Virus record (IMG/VR): IMGVR_UViG_3300049563_000052
Coordinates: 1-64,000 of that record
Direction: 5' to 3' (one strand)
Source of the DNA: a virus
Taxonomy: Duplodnaviria; Caudoviricetes
DNA length: 64,000 bases
In this document: piece by piece, positions 17,413-27,061 of the stretch
Numbering within the stretch: the stretch's first letter is position 1
Layout: the number at the start of each line of letters is the position of its first letter
Translations under genes and position numbers: made by a program
The notes under the pieces: model-generated
Seen by the model: only the letters and a program-made list of their open reading frames with translations
What the model was told of the DNA's origin: nothing
Databases searched by the model: none

Positions 17413-19707
17413 TCATCCGCCTCGGCGGAGGCGCGCCATCGCCGCCCGCAGGTCCACCACCTGGTAGCCGCGGCCCCGCCCACCGGACCAGCTGCGCGGA
17501 TCCGTGGCCCGCAACCCCTCGCAGTGCGCGGCGATGGCCCGGCCCAGCGCCTCCACATGCCTGCGCGCTGTCGACCCCCACACCTGTTCGCACAGCAGCG
17601 CGGTGGCCACCCACTCGACATCCGCGGGGATCGCGTCGACCGCCCGCGCCACGGACGGCATCGGCTCCGGCAGCTTGACCGCCGTGGCCACCGCGGGCGC
17701 CGCCTCCTCGAGAACCGGTGCCCCGGCCGGGGTGTCGGCGGTGCGCATCGCGTCGGCTTCGGTCTGCATGCGCTGCGCGAGGGTTTCCAGCCGGGTCAGG
17801 TCCTCGTTGGTGGGCATGCCGATCGAGCCGGCCCCCTCCGGCGGCTCTGACGGCTCCCACCCGCCACCGGTCGGTGGCGGCTGCTGCGGCGGCGGCTGCT
17901 GCGGTGCCTTGTTCATGTTGATCCCTTCGGTCGTCTGTGCGGGCGGGGGCTGCCCACCCGGGGGGGCGGGTCGCCACTCCCAGCCGCGCTTGCGGCAGGC
18001 CCGCGCCAGGGTCGGCACCCGCTCCGGGTGCCAGCGCAGCTCGTAGTCCGCCCCGAGCGCCTCCAGGTCGGACTCCGACCACTGCGCGGGCGGCATCGCC
18101 GCGATCTGCCGCACCACCTGATCGATCAGCACCGTCCCGTCCAGGTGCGCCACCTTGCCCGGCATGGGGCGGGCGTCGTCGGCCATGGATGGCTGGATGT
18201 AGACGGTGTGATCCCGCAGCTTGGTCGAGTCGACGCCCATGCCGTCCAGCTTCGGCATGGTGAACGTGCCGTCCGCGTAGGTTTCGGTGGCGGTGCAGAT
18301 GCGGATGGTGAAGTTGCGCATCATCTCGTCCCCGGACGGGCCGAGCCCGTCATAGAGCCCCTGCTGGGTGAACGCCCAACACGAGATCCCGGAGGACCGC
18401 ACACCTTCCAGCAGCGCCGAGAACAGGCGGCTGATGGTGTAGTCCACACCCTCGATCGTCTGCGTTTGTGGGCGCCTGCCGCCGTCGTTGCCCTCATCCC
18501 ACAGGATCAGCAGACCGGGCCGTTCCGGGCCGATGGTCACCTTGGACTCGTCGTCGAGCTCGGCGTTGCGGGAGCGGCCCAACCGGTAGGCCGCGTGCAG
18601 CATGCGCAGGCACTCGGCGGGATCCTCCCCGGCCACCCAATCGATGATCGGGTACTCGTCGCGGCCGGAGAAGTAGCCGGTCAGCCACGGCCACACCAGC
18701 GGGTTGAGCTTGTTCGTCGACATGATCCATACGTGGCTTTCGCGGCGGCCTGAGGACGCCGCCGACGCCGCCGCCCGGATGATGTTGTTGGCGACCACGC
18801 CCTTCCCGGCGCCGCTCGCGCCGACGCACTTCCCGTGTCGGGCGGCCAGGCTGATCTCGATCGGGTCGCCGTCGAGGAACAGGCCCAGCCAGGCGGGCAT
18901 CCGCCATGGCCGGGGGGCGGGCGCATCGGTCAGCGGCACATCCTGGCGCTCGACGTGCGTGGTGTTGACGTGCAGGTACCACCGGTCCACCTTGAGCGGC
19001 TCGGGGCGGATGTCGTTGTCTTCGAACTGGATGCCGCGCTTGCGCCAGTGCACCGCGAGCTGCTGGGTCAACCGCGGCAAGAACTGGGTGAAGTCGAGGA
19101 AGTCGGTGAGCGCTTCGAGCGGCTGCCCTTCGGCGTCGAGCAGCTTCGGCCCGAACGTCCAGGTCTGCCCGGCCCGGGTCTTCTTCATCTCCAACACGTC
19201 GACGGCGCCCATCCCGGACTTGTCGAGCATGCGCCGCATCATCTCGATCTCATCGGCGGGCAGCGGTATCTGCGCGACGGTCTTGATCTGACCGCGGGGG
19301 GCGATCACGTTGTCCAGCGTCCACCACAGCACCGCGAGCAGCCCGCCGCCCAACAGCAGCAGCGGGGTCTGCGCCCACACCGACGTCGACGCGGCCAGCC
19401 ACAACCAGGCTGCGGTCGCGACGCCGATGAGCAGGCCGAGGATGCGCCCGGCCAGCGGCACCCACTCCACGTGTTCGCCGTAACCCCAGATCTGCCCGGC
19501 GCGCAGCATGAGCACCAAGCCCAGCACGCACCCGGCCAGCGCGACCAGGATCGGGGGGAAACCGGCGCCTTCGTGCGCGGCCCACTGCGGCAGCCATCCC
19601 ATGCACCAAATCCAGATGCCGAGGATGGTCGGTACCGCCCACACCCGAGACGGAGCCCAGGGCGGCTCCGGCTCGGGTTCGGGCTTCTTCGCGGTGGTGT
19701 CGGGCAT
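17413..19707 (-). CDS. traB: FtsK/SpoIIIE-family conjugal DNA translocase (TraB-like)
   Basis: About four N-terminal TM segments; Walker A GASGAGKG; Walker B LILWDEG; WAFTQ; small C-terminal wHTH-like domain. Confidence 0.75.
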   Translation of the reverse strand: MPDTTAKKPEPEPEPPWAPSRVWAVPTILGIWIWCMGWLPQWAAHEGAGFPPILVALAGCVLGLVLMLRAGQIWGYGEHVEWVPLAGRILGLLIGVATAAWLWLAASTSVWAQTPLLLLGGGLLAVLWWTLDNVIAPRGQIKTVAQIPLPADEIEMMRRMLDKSGMGAVDVLEMKKTRAGQTWTFGPKLLDAEGQPLEALTDFLDFTQFLPRLTQQLAVHWRKRGIQFEDNDIRPEPLKVDRWYLHVNTTHVERQDVPLTDAPAPRPWRMPAWLGLFLDGDPIEISLAARHGKCVGASGAGKGVVANNIIRAAASAASSGRRESHVWIMSTNKLNPLVWPWLTGYFSGRDEYPIIDWVAGEDPAECLRMLHAAYRLGRSRNAELDDESKVTIGPERPGLLILWDEGNDGGRRPQTQTIEGVDYTISRLFSALLEGVRSSGISCWAFTQQGLYDGLGPSGDEMMRNFTIRICTATETYADGTFTMPKLDGMGVDSTKLRDHTVYIQPSMADDARPMPGKVAHLDGTVLIDQVVRQIAAMPPAQWSESDLEALGADYELRWHPERVPTLARACRKRGWEWRPAPPGGQPPPAQTTEGINMNKAPQQPPPQQPPPTGGGWEPSEPPEGAGSIGMPTNEDLTRLETLAQRMQTEADAMRTADTPAGAPVLEEAAPAVATAVKLPEPMPSVARAVDAIPADVEWVATALLCEQVWGSTARRHVEALGRAIAAHCEGLRATDPRSWSGGRGRGYQVVDLRAAMARLRRGG

Positions 19708-19723
19708 GTGATCCGTGCTCGCT

Positions 19724-20122
19724 TTACCAGTCGGCGCCTTGGTGGATCTTGACGTCCCAGGCGATGTCCTGCTGCCGGGCCCGCACGATCCGCTCGATGC
19801 GATCCATCACGGCCTGCTTGGCGGCCTGCATCGCGGTGCGCAGCGCACTGGCCTGCCGCTGCTGCTGGTTGCCCAGCTCCCCGAAGAACTGCGCTGTCGA
19901 CGGGGGCAGGTCCACCATCTGCACGCTCTTGGCGCCGAGGTGCTTGTAGAACTGCGCGACCTGCAACTGGAGATCCGGCAGCCAGTCCATGACGGCCACA
20001 CACTGCATGGCCAACTCGGGGTTGTACTGCCGCTCGGCGTTCTTGAGCGCGTCGCTGATCTGCGTGTACCAACCCGGGGGCTTGGTGTGCTTCCGGGTGC
20101 CGTTCGCGGTGCCGACTGGCAT
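19724..20122 (-). CDS. Nested in-frame 132-aa product (TraA-like)
   Basis: CCCACCACGCAAGGAGG-7nt-ATG internal start. Confidence 0.6.
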   Translation of the reverse strand: MPVGTANGTRKHTKPPGWYTQISDALKNAERQYNPELAMQCVAVMDWLPDLQLQVAQFYKHLGAKSVQMVDLPPSTAQFFGELGNQQQRQASALRTAMQAAKQAVMDRIERIVRARQQDIAWDVKIHQGADW

Positions 20123-22753
20123 GGCGGTTCCTCCTTGCGTGGTGGGGGTCTTGCGGGTACTGGTGCGGCCGGGACCGACCCGGGCCGCGGGGGTGCGTCC
20201 GGCGGCCAGCCGCGCGGGCCGGGACCGCCGTCCACCCGCCGGTGCGTGCGGCGGGATGTGGTGGGGCAGCGGGGCGGGCAGGTTCCGCAGCGGCAGCCGG
20301 CGGATCGGCCACCACGACAGCAGCCGCGCGAACCGCATGCCCAACATGCGCCGGGTGTGCCGCCGCGCCCAGCGCAGCCCCCACCGCCCGGCCCGCCGCA
20401 GCGGGCGGACCATCGCCCGCCGGGTCCGCAGGGTGTGCGCGCGGAGCCGGGCATGCCGGGTGGGGACCAGCGCCGGTCCGCGGACCGGCCGCCCGCGGAC
20501 GGTGCTGCGCAGCTGCCCGCCGATGCGGCCCCGGGTCAGCCGGGCCAACGGGCTGCGACCGGTTACCAGCCGCCCCGATTGGGTACGGTGTCGCCGCAGC
20601 GCCGTACTGGTACCGGCGCTTGGCCGCGTCGGCCGCCTAGACCCCGCGGCGACGGCGCGGCCCCATAACGTCCGCACCCGCCCCGGCTGCCGGGCGGCGC
20701 GGTGCCTGCCGGTCGCATGTGCGGGGGGGCGGGCGGTGACGGGCCTGCTGCGGCGGGCCGGGGCGGCGTGCAACCACCGACCGAACGCGCCCCGCCGGGC
20801 GGCGGCGCGGGTCCCGGCGAGCGTGCGCCAACCGGTCCTACCCGGTCCACCACTGCGGCCACCGCCACCGCCCCGACGGGTCCCGCCGCGGGATCGGCCA
20901 GCTGCCGTCGTCCCGCCCCGGGCCCAGCGGCCGAATCGGCCGGTCTGCGTCCCGGCCCACCGGCCGCGGCCGTGACCGGTGCGGGGTCCCGCGAACGTCC
21001 GGGGGCGGGTTCGGGTCCCCGTCCCGGTACGCCGCCCCGTGCCGGTGCTGGTCCGCCATCTACCCGTCCCCGTTCCGGTGCGTCCCGTCCCGGTACTGGT
21101 GCCGCGCGGCATCGCCCGGGTCCGGCTGCCCAGCCCGCCGACCCGGCGGCTGCCCCGGTTCGACGCCCAGCCGGGCCCGCCGCCGATCCCGGCGAGCCGC
21201 CTCCCGAACTGTCCACGCCCACGCGCCGACCGTGTACCCGAGCGCGTCCCGCCGCCGCCGCGTCCGCCACGCGATCCGGGCGATGTCGAACTGCCCCGCC
21301 CGCGTGCACCTCCGGCACGGCCCCACAGCCGCGACCAGGGACTCCCGCCGTTCCTCGTCCCGCTCCGTCCACCCGAGCTGCGCCGCCCGCTGCCAGGGGG
21401 CCGGAGTCCCCACCGGGTGCTCCGCCCACTCGTCCCAGTACCCCGGGTCCGGCCGCCACCGCTCCCACCGCGTCCCCGCGATGTCCGTCCCGGACCGCTC
21501 GTGCCCCGTCCCCGGCCGCTCGTGCCCCGGGATCCACCGCTCGTGCGTGGGGTGCTGCGGGTGCGGGTGCCCGGCCCACCGACCCGGCGGGAACCCCGGC
21601 CGCTCGCCCATCCCGGGCCGGTCCCGCCGAACAGCTTGCCGAACCGTCCCGACCTGCCGGACGATCCGCGCCCCCGACCGCCCGCACCGCGGGCACCGGA
21701 GCCCGAGCCCCGACGGCCCGACGTCGTCGTGCCCCGGGTCGAACCGCGTCCCGTCAGGCCACCGAACAGCCCGCCGCGTCCGCTGCGCCCACCGGCGCCG
21801 GAGCCACGTCCACTCCGCCCGCCCGCGCGTCCGGCAGCCGTGCCACGTCCACTCCGGCCGCCGCCGCCGAACAGGCCACCGAGCCGGCCGCGGCTCCCGC
21901 CACGCCCACTGCTCGATCCGCCCAGCCCACTGCGCCCGCGGCCACCGCCGCGCGAGCCACCCCGGCCACTGCCGCCGAGCAGCCCGCCGAGCAGCCCCTT
22001 GCCACCGCTGCTGCCACCGCTGCCGCGTCCACTGCGCCCGCCGCCGCCGAGCAGCCCCTTGCCACCGCTGCCGCGTCCACTGCGCCCGCTGCGGCCACCG
22101 CCGAGGCTGCCACCGCGTGACCCGCCGAGCCCACCCCGCCGCGAGCCAGGCCGGGAGCTGAGCCCAGCCCCGCGCCCACCAGACGAACCGCGTCCGCTGC
22201 GTCCGGATCCCAGCCGTGACCCGAGCCCCGACCTGCGTCCGCCACTCGTGGAACGGCGGGTACCACCACCACTCCCACCGCCACGGCGGGAGCCAGAGGT
22301 GAGCCGCGAGCCGAGTCGTCTCGGCCCCGAGCTGGGCGACGTCCCGGACCGTGTCCCGGGACGGGACCGTCCAGCGCCGCCACCACCACGGCCGGGCATG
22401 GTCCAGGCCGTACGGGTGACGGTGCGGCGCTGCGGCCACTTGATCGTCCACGTGCGCCTCCGAGCTCGCGCGGGCCGCTTGGCGTCGGCTCGGACACGGG
22501 CCCGGTGCACCAGGTAGAGCAGCCAGGCGATCAGCAGCAGGATCCCGACGATCAACGCCCCGACCCAGCCGAGGGTAGCGGCGGCGACGATCTCAATCGC
22601 GGCAACGACCGGCGTGGCGAGCATGAGCCGGGAGGTGGTGGCGGCACGCTGCCGCTTGGCGACCTCGGCGCGTTGCGCGGCCTCCGGGTTCCCGGCCAAC
22701 CGCTGACGGCTGCCCGCCCGGGAGGGGGTGACGGGCCGCATGGTGGTGTTCAC
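19724..22753 (-). CDS. 1009-aa protein: N-terminal TM pair, Gly/Arg/Ser low-complexity region, helical C-terminal transfer-associated domain
   Basis: GTGA coupling at 22753; open for 3 kb; C-terminal YNPE.AM..IAWDV. Confidence 0.6.
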   Translation of the reverse strand: MNTTMRPVTPSRAGSRQRLAGNPEAAQRAEVAKRQRAATTSRLMLATPVVAAIEIVAAATLGWVGALIVGILLLIAWLLYLVHRARVRADAKRPARARRRTWTIKWPQRRTVTRTAWTMPGRGGGGAGRSRPGTRSGTSPSSGPRRLGSRLTSGSRRGGGSGGGTRRSTSGGRRSGLGSRLGSGRSGRGSSGGRGAGLSSRPGSRRGGLGGSRGGSLGGGRSGRSGRGSGGKGLLGGGGRSGRGSGGSSGGKGLLGGLLGGSGRGGSRGGGRGRSGLGGSSSGRGGSRGRLGGLFGGGGRSGRGTAAGRAGGRSGRGSGAGGRSGRGGLFGGLTGRGSTRGTTTSGRRGSGSGARGAGGRGRGSSGRSGRFGKLFGGTGPGWASGRGSRRVGGPGTRTRSTPRTSGGSRGTSGRGRGTSGPGRTSRGRGGSGGGRTRGTGTSGRSTRWGLRPPGSGRRSSGGRSGTRNGGSPWSRLWGRAGGARGRGSSTSPGSRGGRGGGGTRSGTRSARGRGQFGRRLAGIGGGPGWASNRGSRRVGGLGSRTRAMPRGTSTGTGRTGTGTGRWRTSTGTGRRTGTGTRTRPRTFAGPRTGHGRGRWAGTQTGRFGRWARGGTTAAGRSRGGTRRGGGGGRSGGPGRTGWRTLAGTRAAARRGAFGRWLHAAPARRSRPVTARPPAHATGRHRAARQPGRVRTLWGRAVAAGSRRPTRPSAGTSTALRRHRTQSGRLVTGRSPLARLTRGRIGGQLRSTVRGRPVRGPALVPTRHARLRAHTLRTRRAMVRPLRRAGRWGLRWARRHTRRMLGMRFARLLSWWPIRRLPLRNLPAPLPHHIPPHAPAGGRRSRPARLAAGRTPAARVGPGRTSTRKTPTTQGGTAMPVGTANGTRKHTKPPGWYTQISDALKNAERQYNPELAMQCVAVMDWLPDLQLQVAQFYKHLGAKSVQMVDLPPSTAQFFGELGNQQQRQASALRTAMQAAKQAVMDRIERIVRARQQDIAWDVKIHQGADW

Positions 22754-22989
22754 AGCCACGGCAAGGTCACCCCCGCAGCGTTGGACTGCACGTGCATCAA
22801 GCTGGTGATGGCGGTGTCCGCCACCTGCCACACCCGCGCCGCGGCGGAGGTCATGAACGACAGCGACGCCGCCGCCAGCCCGAAGAGAATGACCTTCCAG
22901 CGGGCGTCGATGTCGCCCTTGAGCACGTACCAGAGCACGACCAGCGACGCGTACACGCCGAGGCTGATGGTGATCGTCGAGGTGGACAT
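22750..22989 (-). CDS. Small 2-TM Spd-like protein
   Basis: Hydrophobic; coupled to the transfer operon. Confidence 0.55.
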   Translation of the reverse strand: MSTSTITISLGVYASLVVLWYVLKGDIDARWKVILFGLAAASLSFMTSAAARVWQVADTAITSLMHVQSNAAGVTLPWL

Positions 22990-22997
22990 GGGGGGGA

Positions 22998-23213
22998 TCA
23001 GCCCCCCGGGCGTGTCGCGTTGATACGACGCCACACCGTGGCGCGATGGACCCCATAGGCGGCGGCTACCGCCGCGGGGGAGAGGCCACGATGATGCACC
23101 AGCTCGGCCATCACGGCCTCCACTTGGAGACGTTCAGCGCCGACGCGTCGCAGCCAGGCGACGAGCTCGTCGTCGGTAGCGGTGTTCGGGTCCAAGGGAT
23201 GGTCCGTCCACAC
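22998..23213 (-). CDS. HTH regulator heading the transfer operon (Kor/TraR-like role)
   Basis: RGLSPAAVAAAYGVHRATVWRRI; CCCACCACGAAGCAGGAGG leader. Confidence 0.7.
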   Translation of the reverse strand: MWTDHPLDPNTATDDELVAWLRRVGAERLQVEAVMAELVHHRGLSPAAVAAAYGVHRATVWRRINATRPGG

Positions 23214-23300
23214 ATGGATGTGCCTCCTGCTTCGTGGTGGGCCCGCGTCGCGTTTCGCAACGACGAGTCGGGTTACTGTACCGACTCGGGCCGTCACCGG

Positions 23301-23993
23301 ATGCGTCGCGGGCGCGCTTCCCCCCGATCGGCGGCGCTGATCTCCTACGGGATCTTGGCGGTCCTGGCCCTGATCACCGGGTTGGGGGTGTCCGCGCTGG
23401 TCGGGCCGCTGCCCGCGTTCGACTGGTCGCGGGCGGCGATGCACGTGCTGCTGCACGGTCCAGTGGTGCAGGTGATCCCCACACCGCCCGTTACGGTGAT
23501 CGCGGCACCGCCGGGAACCCCGGCGGTGGTGGCACCGGAGCAGCCCCGGTCCCCGTCGCTGGGGAGCGAGTCGGGGGGTGCGCGTGCGCACGGTCGTCAC
23601 GCGCCGCCGAGTCGGGCCGGGGTCGCTGACTCGGCGGCGCCCACTGAGGCGTCGGTGTCGCCGGAGCCGGCGTCGGGTCCGGTGCCGCAGCTGGTCGCGG
23701 CGGAACCTTCCGAGGCGGAACCGTCGGATAACGGCGCGCCGCCTTCGGCCGAACAGCCCAGCAGAGTTACCGTCACGCCCGGCGCGCCGACCGCGACCGC
23801 AGCACCGACCCCCGCGGCCGACGCCTCACCGGACGACACCGACAGCACCACGGCGGACCCCACGCCGGAACCGACAGCCACCACAGCGGGGGGGCGGCAT
23901 GGACGAGGTCACGCAGCGGACCCGGGCGGCGATGCTGGGCAAGCTGACCAGCGCGACACCGAGCAACGCGCACGGCCAACCCCCACCCCGTGA
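23301..23993 (+). CDS. Membrane-anchored Pro/Ala/Thr-rich protein
   Basis: Single TM then low-complexity stalk; TACTGT inside the inverted repeat gagtcgg/ccgactc upstream. Confidence 0.5.
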   Translation: MRRGRASPRSAALISYGILAVLALITGLGVSALVGPLPAFDWSRAAMHVLLHGPVVQVIPTPPVTVIAAPPGTPAVVAPEQPRSPSLGSESGGARAHGRHAPPSRAGVADSAAPTEASVSPEPASGPVPQLVAAEPSEAEPSDNGAPPSAEQPSRVTVTPGAPTATAAPTPAADASPDDTDSTTADPTPEPTATTAGGRHGRGHAADPGGDAGQADQRDTEQRARPTPTP

Positions 23994-24178
23994 CGTGTCG
24001 GCGCGGGCCCGGCGGCGGGCGAACGGTCAGCGCGGATCGACGGCCGCGGCACGGGCCAAGACCGGCAAGCCGCTGCGGGACGACGTGCTCGCGGCGCCGC
24101 TGGTCCGCGGCCCGAAGGTCACCGGTTATGCGATCTTCGATGAAGTACGGGGCTGGCCTGCGGAAACACCCTAGGCAT

Positions 24179-24197
24179 ATGCGCGCCGGGCGCGTAT
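24179..24197. promoter_or_regulatory. 19-bp palindrome variant running into TATCGT, upstream of whiB1
   Basis: atgcgcgcc g ggcgcgtat cgt. Confidence 0.75.
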
Positions 24198-24248
24198 CGT
24201 GTCGGGTTGTCCACCACGAAACGGACCGACCCGACAAGGAGTTCTGCC

Positions 24249-24494
24249 ATGGACTGGCGTCACCGCGCGCTCTGCCGCGACGAGGACCCGGAGCTGTTCT
24301 TCCCGGTGGGGACCTCCGGCCCCGCGCTGCTTCAGATCGCCGAGGCGAAGACGGTTTGTCGTCGTTGCCCCGTTGTGTCCGAGTGCCTTACGTGGGCGCT
24401 GGAGACGGGGCAGGATGCCGGGGTATGGGGGGGCATGAGCGAGGACGAGCGCCGTGCCCTCAAGCGCCGCAATACCCGGACGCGGGCCGCGTGA
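24249..24494 (+). CDS. whiB1: WhiB1/WblE Fe-S transcription factor
   Basis: MDWRHRALCRDEDPELFFPVG..CRRC..C..GVWGGMSEDERRALKRR; AAGGAG RBS. Confidence 0.92.
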   Translation: MDWRHRALCRDEDPELFFPVGTSGPALLQIAEAKTVCRRCPVVSECLTWALETGQDAGVWGGMSEDERRALKRRNTRTRAA

Positions 24495-24677
24495 CCGCGT
24501 CCGGGGCCCGAACGCCGGACCAGCCACTTCGGTGGGTGCCCCCGCATCCGCGGCTGGTCCGGGCCCGGTGCTCCCATTACCGCCGGGCGTGCGTCCTCGA
24601 CCCCGCGTAGCTTCACGGCCGGGCACTGGTCGTGAGGCACCCCTTCACGGGGACCGGGGACGCACCTACATTGCTAC

Positions 24678-24699
24678 ATGCGCGCCCGGAGCGCATACT
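24678..24699. promoter_or_regulatory. 19-bp palindrome variant merged with CATACT
   Basis: atgcgcgcc c ggagcgcat act. Confidence 0.7.
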
Positions 24700-24741
24700 G
24701 AGGGTGTGCAGGTTGCAACCTCAGAATCCGGAGCCAACACC

Positions 24742-25155
24742 ATGACCGCCACCCCCGCCAGCGCCGGCCGGGCGATCCCCGCCGCCCTCGTAGTCCCACA
24801 CGTCCCACACGTCCCACACGTTTCGCACGTGCCGCACGTGCTGCCCGCGTCGCACCGGCCCGGCTACGACGGCGCCGTGCACACCCGCCTCGTCGACCGG
24901 GCCGCGCTGCTCCCGCTCGCCCGCCGCGCCGCGGCTCTCCGGGGGGCGGACCTGGGCACCCCCACCCTCACCGACCCCGCCCTGGGCACAGCGGTGGCGT
25001 GGCGGGCAGGCCGGGTGTGGCGGTTCGGCATCGTCGAGACGACCGGCCGGGCCGGGGTGCGCGCCGCCTACGTCGAGCTCGCCCGACCCGACCACGTCCG
25101 CCGAGCCCGGCTCACCAGTTGCCGGGGGGTACCCACCACGAAAGGATCACGATGA
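24742..25155 (+). CDS. Hypothetical protein with VPH repeats
   Basis: GGAG RBS; 9-bp tandem repeat at about 24793-24837. Confidence 0.5.
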   Translation: MTATPASAGRAIPAALVVPHVPHVPHVSHVPHVLPASHRPGYDGAVHTRLVDRAALLPLARRAAALRGADLGTPTLTDPALGTAVAWRAGRVWRFGIVETTGRAGVRAAYVELARPDHVRRARLTSCRGVPTTKGSR

Positions 25156-25760
25156 ACAAGGGAGAGGCCGCGTACGTCAACACGCTGCTGCGTTGGCTAC
25201 TCGGCATAGACGGCGACCCGGAGCAGGCCCGCTGGGCGGCGACCCGGCTCGCCGAGCGCGCGCACACCGCGTCGCCCGCGGCGGTGTCGGCGGCCACCGT
25301 GCAAAACCTGTGGGACGAGCGCGAGCCGTCGCCGTACGCGCTGCCCGCGCTGCTCGCCGCGTTCTGGCAGGCCGACCAAGGCTTCGTCGCCGACGCCGCC
25401 GAAAGCATGCGGGAGCTGACCGAAGGGCTGCTGGACGCGCACCGCTACACCCTGGCCCGGCCGGAGGGGTCGGATGCCTGGACGTACACACAGCTGTACG
25501 AGCACGCCCGCGACCACGGCCGCGACCAGCCCGAAGGCGGCCCGGTGCAGTGCGACTGCGGCCGGTTCGTCGAGGAGTGGGAGCGCACCTGCGGGCAGTG
25601 CGGGCGGGCCTATCCGGCGCAGCGCGACCCGTGGGCGGACACCGCCGCCGGGCTCGCCGCCGCCGAGGACCTGCCCGAAAACCGGGAGGACCTGCTCGGC
25701 GCTCTGCAACGCTCGCTCGCCGTGCGCCGGGTTCTCGACAACCCGGGGGGCGCGTCATGA
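25152..25760 (+). CDS. Hypothetical protein with Zn ribbon
   Basis: CCCACCACGAAAGGA leader; CDCG..CGQCG. Confidence 0.6.
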   Translation: MNKGEAAYVNTLLRWLLGIDGDPEQARWAATRLAERAHTASPAAVSAATVQNLWDEREPSPYALPALLAAFWQADQGFVADAAESMRELTEGLLDAHRYTLARPEGSDAWTYTQLYEHARDHGRDQPEGGPVQCDCGRFVEEWERTCGQCGRAYPAQRDPWADTAAGLAAAEDLPENREDLLGALQRSLAVRRVLDNPGGAS

Positions 25761-25999
25761 CCGACACCGACCACCGCAAGGTGTCGTTCGGGACCCCCGC
25801 CAACCCCGGCGGGCGGCTGTCGGACCTGGACGCCTCACTGGTCGTGGAGCAGCGCCCGGACGGCACGTTCCGGGTCACCATCCTGTGCCGCGGCAACCGT
25901 GGCGGCGAACGCCGAGAGTCGGTGATCCTCAGCCGCAGGCGGGCGCGGACGATGCTCAACCAGTGGGCGCCGCTGCTCGGAGAGGCGGACCCGGCATGA
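25757..25999 (+). CDS. Hypothetical protein
   Basis: ATGA coupling. Confidence 0.5.
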   Translation: MTDTDHRKVSFGTPANPGGRLSDLDASLVVEQRPDGTFRVTILCRGNRGGERRESVILSRRRARTMLNQWAPLLGEADPA

Positions 26000-26445
26000 C
26001 CCGCTGCTGCCGCTCCCACCGTCCGCAGGACGGGCGCCCGCTGATCCCCGCGCCGTGGCTCGGCGAGGGCCGGATGATCGCCTACTGCTGCGACCCCGAC
26101 GACTGCGGCCCGTGCTGCCCCAACTGCCCGGACTGCCCCACCCACAACCCGGGGGGTACCGAGCAGTGGGTGATCCGTTTCGTCGGGACCGCCGCCCAGC
26201 TGGTGGCGGACCCGAACAATCTCGACGACGGGGCCTGGCTCGTCGACTACGACCCCGACGGCAACGGCGGGACCGGGGACTGGACGTTCACCACGAACCG
26301 GGCCGAGGCGCGCCGGTTCCCGTCTGCGGCGGCGGCGTTGGAGTGCTGGCGGCAGCCGTCGACGGTGCTCCCGACCCGCCCGGACGGGAAACCGAACCGG
26401 CCGCTGACCGGGTTCACCATCTCCGCGGACCGGGTGCCGTCGTGA
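25996..26445 (+). CDS. Cys-rich N-terminus plus RPDGKPNRPLT-type domain
   Basis: CCDPDDCGPCCPNCPDC; ATGA coupling. Confidence 0.6.
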   Translation: MTRCCRSHRPQDGRPLIPAPWLGEGRMIAYCCDPDDCGPCCPNCPDCPTHNPGGTEQWVIRFVGTAAQLVADPNNLDDGAWLVDYDPDGNGGTGDWTFTTNRAEARRFPSAAAALECWRQPSTVLPTRPDGKPNRPLTGFTISADRVPS

Positions 26446-26654
26446 CCGGCCCCGTCTGGCGCGAGTACCTGACCCCGGACGTAGCGCTGGAAGTGGAGGA
26501 GTCCGGCAACGTCGTGCTGGTCACCCCCGAGCGTCGGGTGACGATCACCAGCGTGGGCCGGTGGATCGACTCGCTGACGCTCGCCCGCTCGTGCGCGCAG
26601 GCATCCTTCCGGGACGGCGAGTTCACCGGGGTCCGGTTCGGTGAGTGGCCATGA
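26442..26654 (+). CDS. Hypothetical protein
   Basis: GTGA coupling. Confidence 0.5.
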   Translation: MTGPVWREYLTPDVALEVEESGNVVLVTPERRVTITSVGRWIDSLTLARSCAQASFRDGEFTGVRFGEWP

Positions 26655-27061
26655 CCATCGTGATCCCGGACCTGTCGGGCGGGGCGATCGTGTTGTTCGC
26701 CGCCGCCTTCCTCATCCTGGCGGCGTGGTGGTGGATCGAGCACCGCGCGGTGCGTCGCCTGGAGGAGGAGAACCGGCAGCTGCTCGCCGACAACGCCGCG
26801 CTGTGGGCGCAGCCACGGGAGATCGTGGTCATCGGCGAGCCCGGTCTCGGCCGCCCGCCCGTCCCGCCCCGGCCGCAGGGCTGGCTGCCGTGCGGGTGCC
26901 GGTTCGACCAGTACGTGCGCCGGCACCGGCCCGGGTTCTGCCCGTTCAATGCCGGGTGCGACTGCGGCAGCGACCCGCGCGCGCACCGCCCCGACACGCC
27001 CCTGCTACGGCCCCCGGTGGACGACGACGGGATGACCCATCACGGCTGGGCCGAGCCATGA
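26651..27061 (+). CDS. TM plus Cys/His-rich protein
   Basis: ATGA coupling; N-terminal TM. Confidence 0.55.
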   Translation: MTIVIPDLSGGAIVLFAAAFLILAAWWWIEHRAVRRLEEENRQLLADNAALWAQPREIVVIGEPGLGRPPVPPRPQGWLPCGCRFDQYVRRHRPGFCPFNAGCDCGSDPRAHRPDTPLLRPPVDDDGMTHHGWAEP

